Assembly: GCA_003220595.1 (NCBI GenBank)
Contig: QHSZ01000022.1
Span: forward strand, 1 to 56,627
From: Candidatus Rokuibacteriota bacterium
GTDB lineage: Bacteria; Methylomirabilota; Methylomirabilia; Rokubacteriales; CSP1-6
Length of the DNA: 56,627 nucleotides
Direction: 5' to 3'
The notes beneath the pieces are model-generated. The model did no database searches. It was given only the letters and a program-made list of their open reading frames with translations, and was not told where the DNA came from. Position 1 is the stretch's first letter. Each line of letters opens with the position of its first letter. Of this stretch, positions 31,516 to 40,790 are shown in pieces. Both the position numbers and the translations under genes were made by a program.

Positions 31516-32634
31516 CTAACGCTTCGCGAAGGGTGAACCGCCGGCCGCTGCCGTCGCCGGAGCGCTGCCGGGCTCGTGGCTGAGGAGCTGCAAGAGCTCC
31601 TCGGAGAGCGTCGATCGGTTCAACCCGTCCTCGCGCGTGATGAGCTTCCGCCTGATGAGGTCGGCCAGCGACTGGTTCATCGTCTGCATGCCGAACTTCT
31701 GCCCGGTGGCGATCGCCGAATAGACCTGGTGAATCTTCTCCTCCCGGATGAGATTCCGGATCGCGGGTGTGGCCACCATGATCTCCATCGACATGACGCG
31801 CCCGCCGCCGACCTTCGGGATCAGCGTCTGCGACAGCACGCCCTCGAGCACGAGGGCGAGCTGGGCGCGCACCTGAGCCTGCTGGGACGTCGGGAAGACG
31901 TCGATGATGCGGTTCATCGTCTGGGCGCAGGAGTTCGTGTGCAGGGTGCCGAAGGTCAGGTGGCCGGTCTCCGCGATCGTCAGCGCCGCCGCGATCGTCT
32001 CGAGGTCGCGCATCTCGCCCACGAGGACCACGTCCGGGTCCTGCCGGAGGATGGACTTGAGGGCCCGCTGGAACGAGTTCGTGTCTGAGAAGACCTCGCG
32101 CTGGTTCACGAGACAGGACTTGTGCGGGTGGACGAACTCGATCGGGTCCTCGATCGTCATGATGTGCTCGTGGCGCTCGGTGTTGATCTTGTCGATCATC
32201 GCGGCGAGCGTCGTGGACTTGCCCGATCCCGTCGGCCCGGTGACGAGGACGAGCCCCTTCGGACGGTCCGCGAGCTGCTGCACGATCGTCGGGAGCCCGA
32301 GCTCGTCGAAGGTGCGGATCTTGAAGGGGATGATCCGGATCGCGGCGCCCACCGCGCCCCGCTGACGGAACACGTTGCAGCGGAAGCGCGCGAGCCCCTG
32401 GATCCCGAACGAGAGGTCGAGCTCGTTCTCCTCCTCGAACTTCTGCTTCTGTCCCTCGTTCAGGATGCTGTAGGCGAGCCGCTGTGTGTCCGGGGGTGCC
32501 AGCTGCTCGAATTGCGTGAGCTGGGTCAGGCGCCCGCTGATTCGGAGCTGCGGGTACGTGCCGCTCGTGATGTGCAGGTCCGACGCCCCACGGTCCACCA
32601 AGATCTGCAGCAGATCGGCCATATTCGCGGCCAT
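31516..32634 (-). CDS. pilT: Twitching-motility retraction ATPase PilT
   Basis: GASDLHI, Walker A GPTGSGKST, and AHxxGHLVF-type motifs (AETGHLTFGTLHTN). Confidence 0.95.
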   Translation of the reverse strand: MAANMADLLQILVDRGASDLHITSGTYPQLRISGRLTQLTQFEQLAPPDTQRLAYSILNEGQKQKFEEENELDLSFGIQGLARFRCNVFRQRGAVGAAIRIIPFKIRTFDELGLPTIVQQLADRPKGLVLVTGPTGSGKSTTLAAMIDKINTERHEHIMTIEDPIEFVHPHKSCLVNQREVFSDTNSFQRALKSILRQDPDVVLVGEMRDLETIAAALTIAETGHLTFGTLHTNSCAQTMNRIIDVFPTSQQAQVRAQLALVLEGVLSQTLIPKVGGGRVMSMEIMVATPAIRNLIREEKIHQVYSAIATGQKFGMQTMNQSLADLIRRKLITREDGLNRSTLSEELLQLLSHEPGSAPATAAAGGSPFAKR

Positions 32635-32665
32635 CGTTCCCCCCTTCGTCTTGGATCGCGACTCG

Positions 32666-34402
32666 CTACGCCAGGGTGACCCGCAGCACCTCTTCGATGG
32701 TCGTGGTCCCGTCCAGCACCTTCAGGAGCCCCGACTGGCGCAGCGTCTTCATACCCTGGGACTGGGCGACCTCGCGGAGCTCGGCGGTCGGCGCGTTCCG
32801 GAGGATCGCGTCCCGGAGCTCCTCGGAGATCGGCATGACCTCGTAGATCGCGACGCGGCCCTTCATGCCGGTAAAGTTGCACGCCGGGCAGCCCTTGCCC
32901 TTCGAGAAGGTGACCTTGCCCTTCCCCGTCGGAACGTGGCCGTAGGGCACGAGGCTCTCCTCGTCGCCCTCGTACGGTTCCTTGCACGCGGTGCAGATCT
33001 TGCGGCCGAGGCGCTGGGCCAGGAGGAGGAGGAGGGATGACGCCACCAGGAACGGCTGGATGCCCATGTCGAGGAGCCGCGCGATCGTGGACGGGCAGTC
33101 GTTCGTGTGCAGCGTCGAGAACACGAGGTGACCGGTCAGCGCGGCGCGGATCGAGATCTGCGCCGTCTCGAGGTCGCGGGTCTCACCGACGAGGATGACG
33201 TCGGGGTCCTGGCGCAGGAAGGAGCGCAGCGCCGCCGCGAAGGTCCGGCCCACGCCGTCGTTGATCTGCACCTGGTTGACGCCCTTCAGGTTGTACTCGA
33301 CGGGATCCTCGGCGGTCATGATGTTGTGCTCGGGCGAGTTGATCGTGTGGATGGCCGAATAGAGCGTGGTCGTCTTGCCCGAGCCCGTCGGCCCCGTGAT
33401 GAGGACCATGCCGTACGGTTGGTGGATCGCCCCGGTGAACTTCTCCAGGCTCCATTCGTCGAAGCCGAGCTGCGTGAGGTCGAGCTTCAGCGCGTCCTTG
33501 TCGAGGATCCGGAGGACCGCCTTCTCGCCGAAGATCGTCGGCAGGGTCGACACGCGAAAGTCGATCTCGCGGGTGCTGTACCGGAGCTTGATGCGCCCGT
33601 CCTGCGGCATGCGGCGCTCGGAGATGTCCAGGTTCGACATGATCTTGAGGCGCGAGAGGATCGCGGACTCGAGACGTTTGGGCGGCGAGAGCATCTCGTG
33701 GAGCACGCCGTCGATCCGGAACCGGATCCGGAACACCTTCTCGTACGACTCGAAGTGGATGTCCGAGGCGCCCTTCTGGATCGCGTCCACGAGCACCATG
33801 TTGACGAGCTTGACGACCGGCGCCTCGTCGGCCGACTCCTTCAGCTCGAAGGTGTCGATCTTGGCGCTGTCCTCGTCGCCCTCCACGACCTCGACGTTGG
33901 AGAGGTCCGTCGACATGTCCTGCATGACGCTGGCGATCGCCTCGGTCTTCGACTCGTAGTGACGGTCGATCGCCTTCTTGATCGCCGTCTGCGAGGCGAC
34001 GAGCGGCAGCACCTGGAGGTTCGTCATGAAGGAGATGTCGTCCAGCGCGAACACGTTGGTCGGGTCGGCCATCGCGAGCGCGAGCGAGTTCCCCATCCGC
34101 CGGACCGGCAGCACCTCGTACTTCTTCGCGATCGCCGCCGGGACGAGCTTCAGGACCTCCAGATCGATCTCGAGTTGCGAGAGGGTGATGGACGGCACGC
34201 CATACTGGCGCGAGAGGAAGCCGATCAGCTGCTCCTCGTTGATGAACCCGAGCCGGATCAGGATGGAGCCGAGCTTCTCGGTCGAGCCCTTCTGCTCGAC
34301 CAGAGCCTTCTGGAGCTGCTCCTGACCGAGCAGACCGTCGGCGACGAGGAGGTCCCCGAGCCGCCGGTTGACAGGCTGACCGAGCTTTACTTGCTGCGCC
34401 AT
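32666..34402 (-). CDS. pilB: Type IV pilus extension ATPase PilB (GspE family)
   Basis: N-terminal GSPII domain, Walker A GPTGSGKTT and the tetracysteine motif CTACKEPY...CPACNFTG. Confidence 0.95.
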   Translation of the reverse strand: MAQQVKLGQPVNRRLGDLLVADGLLGQEQLQKALVEQKGSTEKLGSILIRLGFINEEQLIGFLSRQYGVPSITLSQLEIDLEVLKLVPAAIAKKYEVLPVRRMGNSLALAMADPTNVFALDDISFMTNLQVLPLVASQTAIKKAIDRHYESKTEAIASVMQDMSTDLSNVEVVEGDEDSAKIDTFELKESADEAPVVKLVNMVLVDAIQKGASDIHFESYEKVFRIRFRIDGVLHEMLSPPKRLESAILSRLKIMSNLDISERRMPQDGRIKLRYSTREIDFRVSTLPTIFGEKAVLRILDKDALKLDLTQLGFDEWSLEKFTGAIHQPYGMVLITGPTGSGKTTTLYSAIHTINSPEHNIMTAEDPVEYNLKGVNQVQINDGVGRTFAAALRSFLRQDPDVILVGETRDLETAQISIRAALTGHLVFSTLHTNDCPSTIARLLDMGIQPFLVASSLLLLLAQRLGRKICTACKEPYEGDEESLVPYGHVPTGKGKVTFSKGKGCPACNFTGMKGRVAIYEVMPISEELRDAILRNAPTAELREVAQSQGMKTLRQSGLLKVLDGTTTIEEVLRVTLA

Positions 34403-34411
34403 CGTAGCCTT

Positions 34412-34948
34412 TTACTTTACCGCACCTAAGCGTTTCAGCGTATCTGTAAAGGCTTTGTAGGCGTCGTCCTGGTAGAGGACGAAGGCGATCCGTTTGAGGC
34501 TCGACCCCCCCGCCTGGAGGTGCTCGACCACGGCCTTGAGCATCACGTCGGCGCAGGTGGTCGGCGGGACGTGTCCGACGCCCGTGCCGAGCGCGGGGAG
34601 TGCCAGCGAGGTAATGCGGTGCTTGGTCGCCAGGCCGAGCACCGCGCGAGTGGTCGCACCGATCCTGTCGCCGTCGGTCTTGAGGTCGGGGCCCATGACG
34701 GCCGCGTGGATGACGTGCGTGGCCGCGAGGTTGCCCCCCGTCGTCAGGACGGCCTCGCCGACCTCGACCGGGCCCTGCCGAATCGCCTCCTCCTCGATGA
34801 TCACGCCGCCCTTGCGCTTGATGGCGCCGGCCACGCCGGTGCCCATCGCAAGGGTCGAGTTCGCGGCGTTGACGATCGCATCGACCTCCCAGTCGGTGAT
34901 GTCACCGCGCTCGATCGAGATGGAGGACTGCCCGACCTTGAGTTTCAT
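34412..34948 (-). CDS. Stand-alone macro-domain protein (ADP-ribose binding or hydrolase)
   Basis: Trimmed to ATG 34948 (MKLKVGQSSISIERGDITDWEVDAIVNAANSTLAMGTGVAGAI), which overlaps the mazG stop as ATGA. The stop is 9 nt before pilB. Confidence 0.8.
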   Translation of the reverse strand: MKLKVGQSSISIERGDITDWEVDAIVNAANSTLAMGTGVAGAIKRKGGVIIEEEAIRQGPVEVGEAVLTTGGNLAATHVIHAAVMGPDLKTDGDRIGATTRAVLGLATKHRITSLALPALGTGVGHVPPTTCADVMLKAVVEHLQAGGSSLKRIAFVLYQDDAYKAFTDTLKRLGAVK

Positions 34949-35754
34949 GGCGCTCCCCGGCCGCGCTCCTGCGCCTTGACCGCCTCCCATGCCCGCTCGA
35001 GCGCGTCGGGCGGCACCGCGTCGACCGACTCGCCCCGCGCGGCGAGACCCGCCTCCATCGCGGTGAAGCGTCGCCGGAATTTCTCGATCGCGCCCTGCAG
35101 CGCCTCCTCGGCGTCGATCGAGGACAGCCGCGCCACGTTCACGAGTGAAAAGAGCGCGTCACCGAGCTCCTCCTGGATCCTCTCGGCCTCGCCCGAAGCG
35201 AGCGCGTCACCGGCCTCGCGGATCTCTTCCTCCACCTTCGCCCACGCGGCGCGTGCGTCCGGCCAGTCGAAGTTGACGCGCGCGGCCTTCGCCTGGAGCC
35301 GCTGGGCGCGGAGGAGCGAGGGGAGCGAGCGAGGGACACCGTCGATCACCGACCGCGGGCGACCGCTCGCCCTGGCCTCGCGCTGCTTGATCGCCTCCCA
35401 CTGCACGAGGACCTCCGACGCCGTGCCGACGGTGGCGTCGCCGAAGACGTGCGGGTGACGGCGCACCATCTTGTCGATGAGGCGGCGCAAGAGGGCGGCC
35501 ATGGCGAATTCGCCGACCTCCTCGGCCAGGCGCGAGTGAAAGACGACCTGGAACAGGAGGTCGCCGAGCTCTTCCTCGAGCGCGCGTGGGTCACCGGCCT
35601 CGATCGCCTCGAGGACCTCGTAGGCCTCCTCGAGCAGAAAGGGCTTCAGGGAGGTCCGGGTCTGCTCGCGGTCCCACGGGCACCCGCCGGGACTGCGCAG
35701 GCGGGCCATCACGTCGAGGAGTCGGTCGAAGAGAACACCGGGGGACTCGGTCAT
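34945..35754 (-). CDS. mazG: Nucleoside triphosphate pyrophosphohydrolase MazG
   Basis: CPWDREQTRTSLKPFLLEEAYEVLEAIE and EELGDLLFQVV, with a second EExxD repeat (EELGDALFSLV). Confidence 0.9.
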   Translation of the reverse strand: MTESPGVLFDRLLDVMARLRSPGGCPWDREQTRTSLKPFLLEEAYEVLEAIEAGDPRALEEELGDLLFQVVFHSRLAEEVGEFAMAALLRRLIDKMVRRHPHVFGDATVGTASEVLVQWEAIKQREARASGRPRSVIDGVPRSLPSLLRAQRLQAKAARVNFDWPDARAAWAKVEEEIREAGDALASGEAERIQEELGDALFSLVNVARLSSIDAEEALQGAIEKFRRRFTAMEAGLAARGESVDAVPPDALERAWEAVKAQERGRGAP

Positions 35755-35816
35755 GTCCGTTCCTGAGGGTAAGCAATTATACAGCAGCGGTTTTCGCGTA
35801 TGCTAGGTTCGGCGCG

Positions 35817-36260
35817 ATGGGCCCGGAAGAACCCGAGGGAACCTTCAAGGTAAGTGACCGCCGCCGGCGGTCGTCGGATGACGAGCCGCCTCACCCGGCC
35901 GTCTCCCGCCCCGAGCCGGCCGCTGCCCGCCCGGAGGAGTCTCGGAAGCCCATGCCCGAGCCGGTCCCCGGCCCGGGCGGGGAGCCCGAGCGCAGCCTTG
36001 TCGGGCTCTTCATGATGCTGGCGAGCTCCGCGGTGGTCTCGCTGGGAGATGCGCCCGATCCCCTCACGGGCCAGCGCCGTCGCGATCTCGAGAACGCCGC
36101 GGACGCGATCGATCTCTTGGCCCTCCTTCGCGAGAAGACCGAGGGCCATCGCTCGCCGGAGGAGACCCAGGTCCTGGGGGAGTTGCTTTACGATCTCCAG
36201 CTTCGCTACGTGAACGCGACGAAGCGGTCCGGACCACCACCCGCCCCGGCTCGACCGTAA
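35817..36260 (+). CDS. DUF1844-like small protein
   Basis: ORF 35586..36260 trimmed to ATG 35817. It has a charged N-terminus, then SLVGLFMMLASSAVVSLGDAPDPLTGQRRRDLENAADAIDLLALLREKT, which I recognise as DUF1844-like. The family call is from memory. Confidence 0.55.
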   Translation: MGPEEPEGTFKVSDRRRRSSDDEPPHPAVSRPEPAAARPEESRKPMPEPVPGPGGEPERSLVGLFMMLASSAVVSLGDAPDPLTGQRRRDLENAADAIDLLALLREKTEGHRSPEETQVLGELLYDLQLRYVNATKRSGPPPAPARP

Positions 36261-36864
36261 CGGCGTCGATCCCGTCCGGCATGCGCCAGCGTAGAACGCC
36301 AAGCGCGGCCGGATCCAGGAGAACGCGCAACAGCACGGCGGGCAGCCGCTGTCGGCCGACGGCGAACTCGGTGACCTCGAGTCTCAGGTAGCGCCGCTCC
36401 CGTCGCGCGGGCTCGGGCTCCAGCCGAGGACGGACGCCCACCCGGAGCCACACGCGATGATCGAGCCACCCGGCCGGCAGGATCCCGCCAATCAGCGCGA
36501 GGGGCGACTCTCCCATCAGGTGGCGAAGCGGGAGCCTCGCGCGGAACTCGGCGACCCCGTCACCGCCGAGACGCAGTGCCATCTCCGTGAGGGGCAGCTC
36601 GGCGCTCTCGGGGAGGTGGCGCGAGAGGAAGGCGTTGAGCTCGCCCTCGGACAGTACGATGGGCTCGCCGGCCTTGTCGCCTCGGCGGGCACCGCGACGG
36701 GCAATCTCGAAGATTTTCTGCTGGGCCCTGACGCCCTCGACCGGACTGGTCTCAGCGGACGGGAACTCCGGGGCCCTGAGGGTCTGGACGGCGCCCCAGA
36801 GCGTGGCGCCGAACGTGGCGGTGAGAAGCACGAGGGTCAGGCAGCCGATGCAGCCGAGCTTCAT
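36064..36864 (-). CDS. Hypothetical membrane-anchored protein
   Basis: 266-aa ORF with an N-terminal TM/signal (MKLGCIGCLTLVLLTATFGATLWG) and good GC3. The last 52 codons are low-complexity (Ser/Arg/Pro/Gly) and antisense to the DUF1844 gene. Confidence 0.5.
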   Translation of the reverse strand: MKLGCIGCLTLVLLTATFGATLWGAVQTLRAPEFPSAETSPVEGVRAQQKIFEIARRGARRGDKAGEPIVLSEGELNAFLSRHLPESAELPLTEMALRLGGDGVAEFRARLPLRHLMGESPLALIGGILPAGWLDHRVWLRVGVRPRLEPEPARRERRYLRLEVTEFAVGRQRLPAVLLRVLLDPAALGVLRWRMPDGIDAVTVEPGRVVVRTASSRSRSEAGDRKATPPGPGSPPASDGPRSSREGGPRDRSRPRRSRDRDGAGP

Positions 36865-36934
36865 GCCACGACCCTACCATCCCGAGCCTGATCAGCCATT
36901 AGATTGCCGCACTTACGCGTATTTAGGGCATGAC

Positions 36935-36963
36935 TTGACACATTCCCACTCACTTGATATATG
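36935..36963 (+). promoter_or_regulatory. Near-consensus sigma-70 promoter of the hsp20-dnaK operon (TTGACA-17 nt-TATATG)
   Basis: TTGACA at 36935..36940 and TATATG at 36958..36963, with exact 17-nt spacing, in an AT-rich island about 60 nt upstream of hsp20. Confidence 0.55.
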
Positions 36964-36979
36964 AAGTATGTACTCAAGT
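36952..36979. promoter_or_regulatory. Inverted repeat ACTTGA-N16-TCAAGT overlapping the -10/+1 region; candidate HspR operator (HAIR-like half-site ACTCAAG)
   Basis: The arms are at 36952..36957 and 36974..36979. The right arm contains a perfect HAIR half-site, ACTCAAG (36972..36978). Spacing differs from the canonical CTTGAGT-N7-ACTCAAG. Confidence 0.35.
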
Positions 36980-37024
36980 TACCCGGCTGCGAGACCGGGA
37001 GAGGAGCAGAAGGAGGAAACGCGT

Positions 37025-37495
37025 ATGGCACTGGAGCGTTGGCGTCCGTTCGCAACCATCGAGCGTTGGGAGCCTTTCCGCAACGTGTCCGATGTCCAGG
37101 GCGAGATGAACCGCCTCTTCGACAGCTTCTTCGGGCGGCCGGTCTCCACCGCGGCAGGCACGCGCGCGTGGGCGCCCGTGTTCGACATGTACGAGACGAA
37201 GGACGAGCTCGTGCTGAACGTCGAGCTGCCTGGGGTGCGCGAGAAGGATATCTCGCTTTCGATCACGGGCGACCTGCTCACCGTGAAGGGTGAGCGCGCG
37301 TTCAACCAGGAGCTGAAGGACGAGAATTACGTCCACCTGGAGCGGGTCTACGGGAAGTTCGAGCGGTCGATCCAGTTGCCGATGCCCGTCCAGGCCGATC
37401 GTGTGAAGGCGACCTTCCGCGACGGGGTGCTCGAAGTGAAGCTCCCGAAGGCGGAAGAGGTCAAGCCGAAGGACATCAAGATCGACATTCTATAA
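37025..37495 (+). CDS. Small heat-shock protein (Hsp20 / alpha-crystallin family)
   Basis: Trimmed to ATG 37025, preceded by GAAGGAGGA. Contains [43 protein letters not shown]. Confidence 0.9.
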   Translation: MALERWRPFATIERWEPFRNVSDVQGEMNRLFDSFFGRPVSTAAGTRAWAPVFDMYETKDELVLNVELPGVREKDISLSITGDLLTVKGERAFNQELKDENYVHLERVYGKFERSIQLPMPVQADRVKATFRDGVLEVKLPKAEEVKPKDIKIDIL

Positions 37496-37513
37496 GTCGC
37501 CTGCGCGTGACCG

Positions 37514-37537
37514 GCGCGGGCCCGCGAGGGCCCGCGC
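37514..37537 (+). promoter_or_regulatory. Perfect 10-bp GC hairpin between hsp20 and dnaK
   Basis: GCGCGGGCCC-GCGA-GGGCCCGCGC. There is no downstream U-run, so it is more likely a processing, stability or attenuation element than a full terminator. Confidence 0.45.
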
Positions 37538-37566
37538 GGGGACGCGCCGGCAGAGGGAGATCGAAC

Positions 37567-39486
<1,920 letters not shown>

Positions 39487-39492
39487 CCCGCC

Positions 39493-40380
39493 ATGCGGCG
39501 CGACTACTACGCGGTGCTGGGCGTCGTGTCGACCGCCGGGCCGCGCGAGGTGCGGCACGCGTACCAGCGCCTCGCGCGGCAGTACTCCCCCGACATCAAC
39601 TTCTGGGACGCCCAGGCCCGGGCCCTGTTCGAGGAGATCGCCGAGGCCTACCGCGTGCTGAGCGACCCGGCGGCGCGAGCCATGTACGACCGGTTCGGCG
39701 CGGGCGTGCTGGGCGACGGCGCGCTGCCGGCCGGAAGGCGCGGCGAGGACGCGCACGTCGCGGTGGAGCTCGACTTTTCGCAGGTCGTGCGCGGCGCGCG
39801 GGTCCAGCTCGACGTCCAGCGGTTCTCGCCGTGTGGCGCGTGCGGAGCGTTGGGCCAGGCGGGCGGCGCCCGCTGCGCCGCCTGCGCGGGACGCGGCGTG
39901 CGGCAGCAGCGCGAGCGCGTCGACGTCGCCATCCCGGCCGGCGTGGACACCGGCGCCCAGATCCGCCTCGCGGGCGAGGGTCACGCCGGGCCGTTCGGCG
40001 GACCGCGCGGCGACCTGGTCGTCAGCACCCGAGTCCGCGAGCACCCCTTTTTCAGGCGCAAGGGTGAGAGCGTGCACTGCGAGGTGCCGATCAGCGTCTG
40101 GGAGGCGCTCCTCGGCGCGCGCATCCGGGTGCCGACGCCCGCCGGGGAGGCCGTGCTCGTCGTTCCTCCGGGCGCGACCGGCGGGCAGGTGTTCCGGCTC
40201 CGCGGGCAGGGGCTACCGCGGCTCGCGGACGAAGGGACGGGCGACCTCTACGTGACGATCCGGGTCGAGATGCCGACGGGCCTCGACGCGCGCACGCAGG
40301 ATCTCGTACGCCAGCTCGAGCGGCTGATGCCGGCGGAGCCCCGGGCGGCGCTCGCGCGGTTCCGGGGGGGTGGGGCGTGA
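39493..40380 (+). CDS. dnaJ: DnaJ/CbpA-like J-domain co-chaperone with a non-canonical SPD motif and a single zinc centre
   Basis: DYYAVLGV...[14 protein letters not shown]...[18 protein letters not shown] is a J-domain, but Ser replaces the His of HPD. There are only two CxxC motifs (CGACGALG and CAACAGRG). The DnaJ C-terminal beta-domains are present. Confidence 0.85.
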   Translation: MRRDYYAVLGVVSTAGPREVRHAYQRLARQYSPDINFWDAQARALFEEIAEAYRVLSDPAARAMYDRFGAGVLGDGALPAGRRGEDAHVAVELDFSQVVRGARVQLDVQRFSPCGACGALGQAGGARCAACAGRGVRQQRERVDVAIPAGVDTGAQIRLAGEGHAGPFGGPRGDLVVSTRVREHPFFRRKGESVHCEVPISVWEALLGARIRVPTPAGEAVLVVPPGATGGQVFRLRGQGLPRLADEGTGDLYVTIRVEMPTGLDARTQDLVRQLERLMPAEPRAALARFRGGGA

Positions 40381-40763
40381 ACGACCGGGGCAAGCCTCGC
40401 TACATGATTGGCGTCGTCGCCGAGATGCTGAACGTCCACCCGCAGACGCTCCGGTTCTACGAGAAGAAGGGGCTGGTGCGCCCGAGCCGCACGGTCGGCC
40501 GCACCCGCATGTACTCGGCCGAGGACGTGGACGAGCTCGCGCGCCTGCTCCGGCTCACCCGTGACCTCGGGGTGAATCTCGCCGGTACCGAGATCATCTT
40601 AAAGATGAGACGTCGGATGCTCGAAATGCAGAAGCAGATCGAGGACCTGCTTGCGTATGTCCGCGAGGATGGCGCGAGCCCGAAGGGCGAGGCCGCCCGC
40701 GAGCCGCGCGAGGCGCTGGTGCGCGCCGCCGCGGGCCACCTCGGCCCCGTCGACCTCTTCTGA
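40377..40763 (+). CDS. hspR: MerR-family heat-shock repressor HspR
   Basis: GTG overlaps the dnaJ stop (GTGA). YMIGVVAEMLNVHPQTLRFYEKKGLVRPSRTVGRTRMYSAEDV is a MerR-type HTH. Its position after dnaJ matches known hspR loci. Confidence 0.8.
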   Translation: MNDRGKPRYMIGVVAEMLNVHPQTLRFYEKKGLVRPSRTVGRTRMYSAEDVDELARLLRLTRDLGVNLAGTEIILKMRRRMLEMQKQIEDLLAYVREDGASPKGEAAREPREALVRAAAGHLGPVDLF

Positions 40764-40790
40764 GACGAGCCTCCGCCGAGAAGGAGACCC

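Noticed and set aside
34412-35754. MazG plus macro domain read as a toxin-antitoxin or defence module (DarTG-like or MazEF-linked).
   Set aside because: No DarT-like or MazF-like partner ORF is present. The macro protein is a bare macro domain of about 178 aa, and MazG has the ordinary two-domain housekeeping architecture. I kept only the operon-context observation.
36952-36979. A canonical HAIR operator (CTTGAGT-N7-ACTCAAG) upstream of hsp20.
   Set aside because: Only the right half-site is a perfect match. The best left half (CTTGATA) is 12 nt away, not 7. I report it only as a HAIR-like variant with low confidence.
36964-37024. A ROSE-type or fourU RNA thermometer in the hsp20 5' leader.
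   Set aside because: The leader contains a short CCCGG...CCGGG stem, but no U-rich or UYGCU anti-SD segment able to pair with GAAGGAGGA. The sequence does not support a thermometer.
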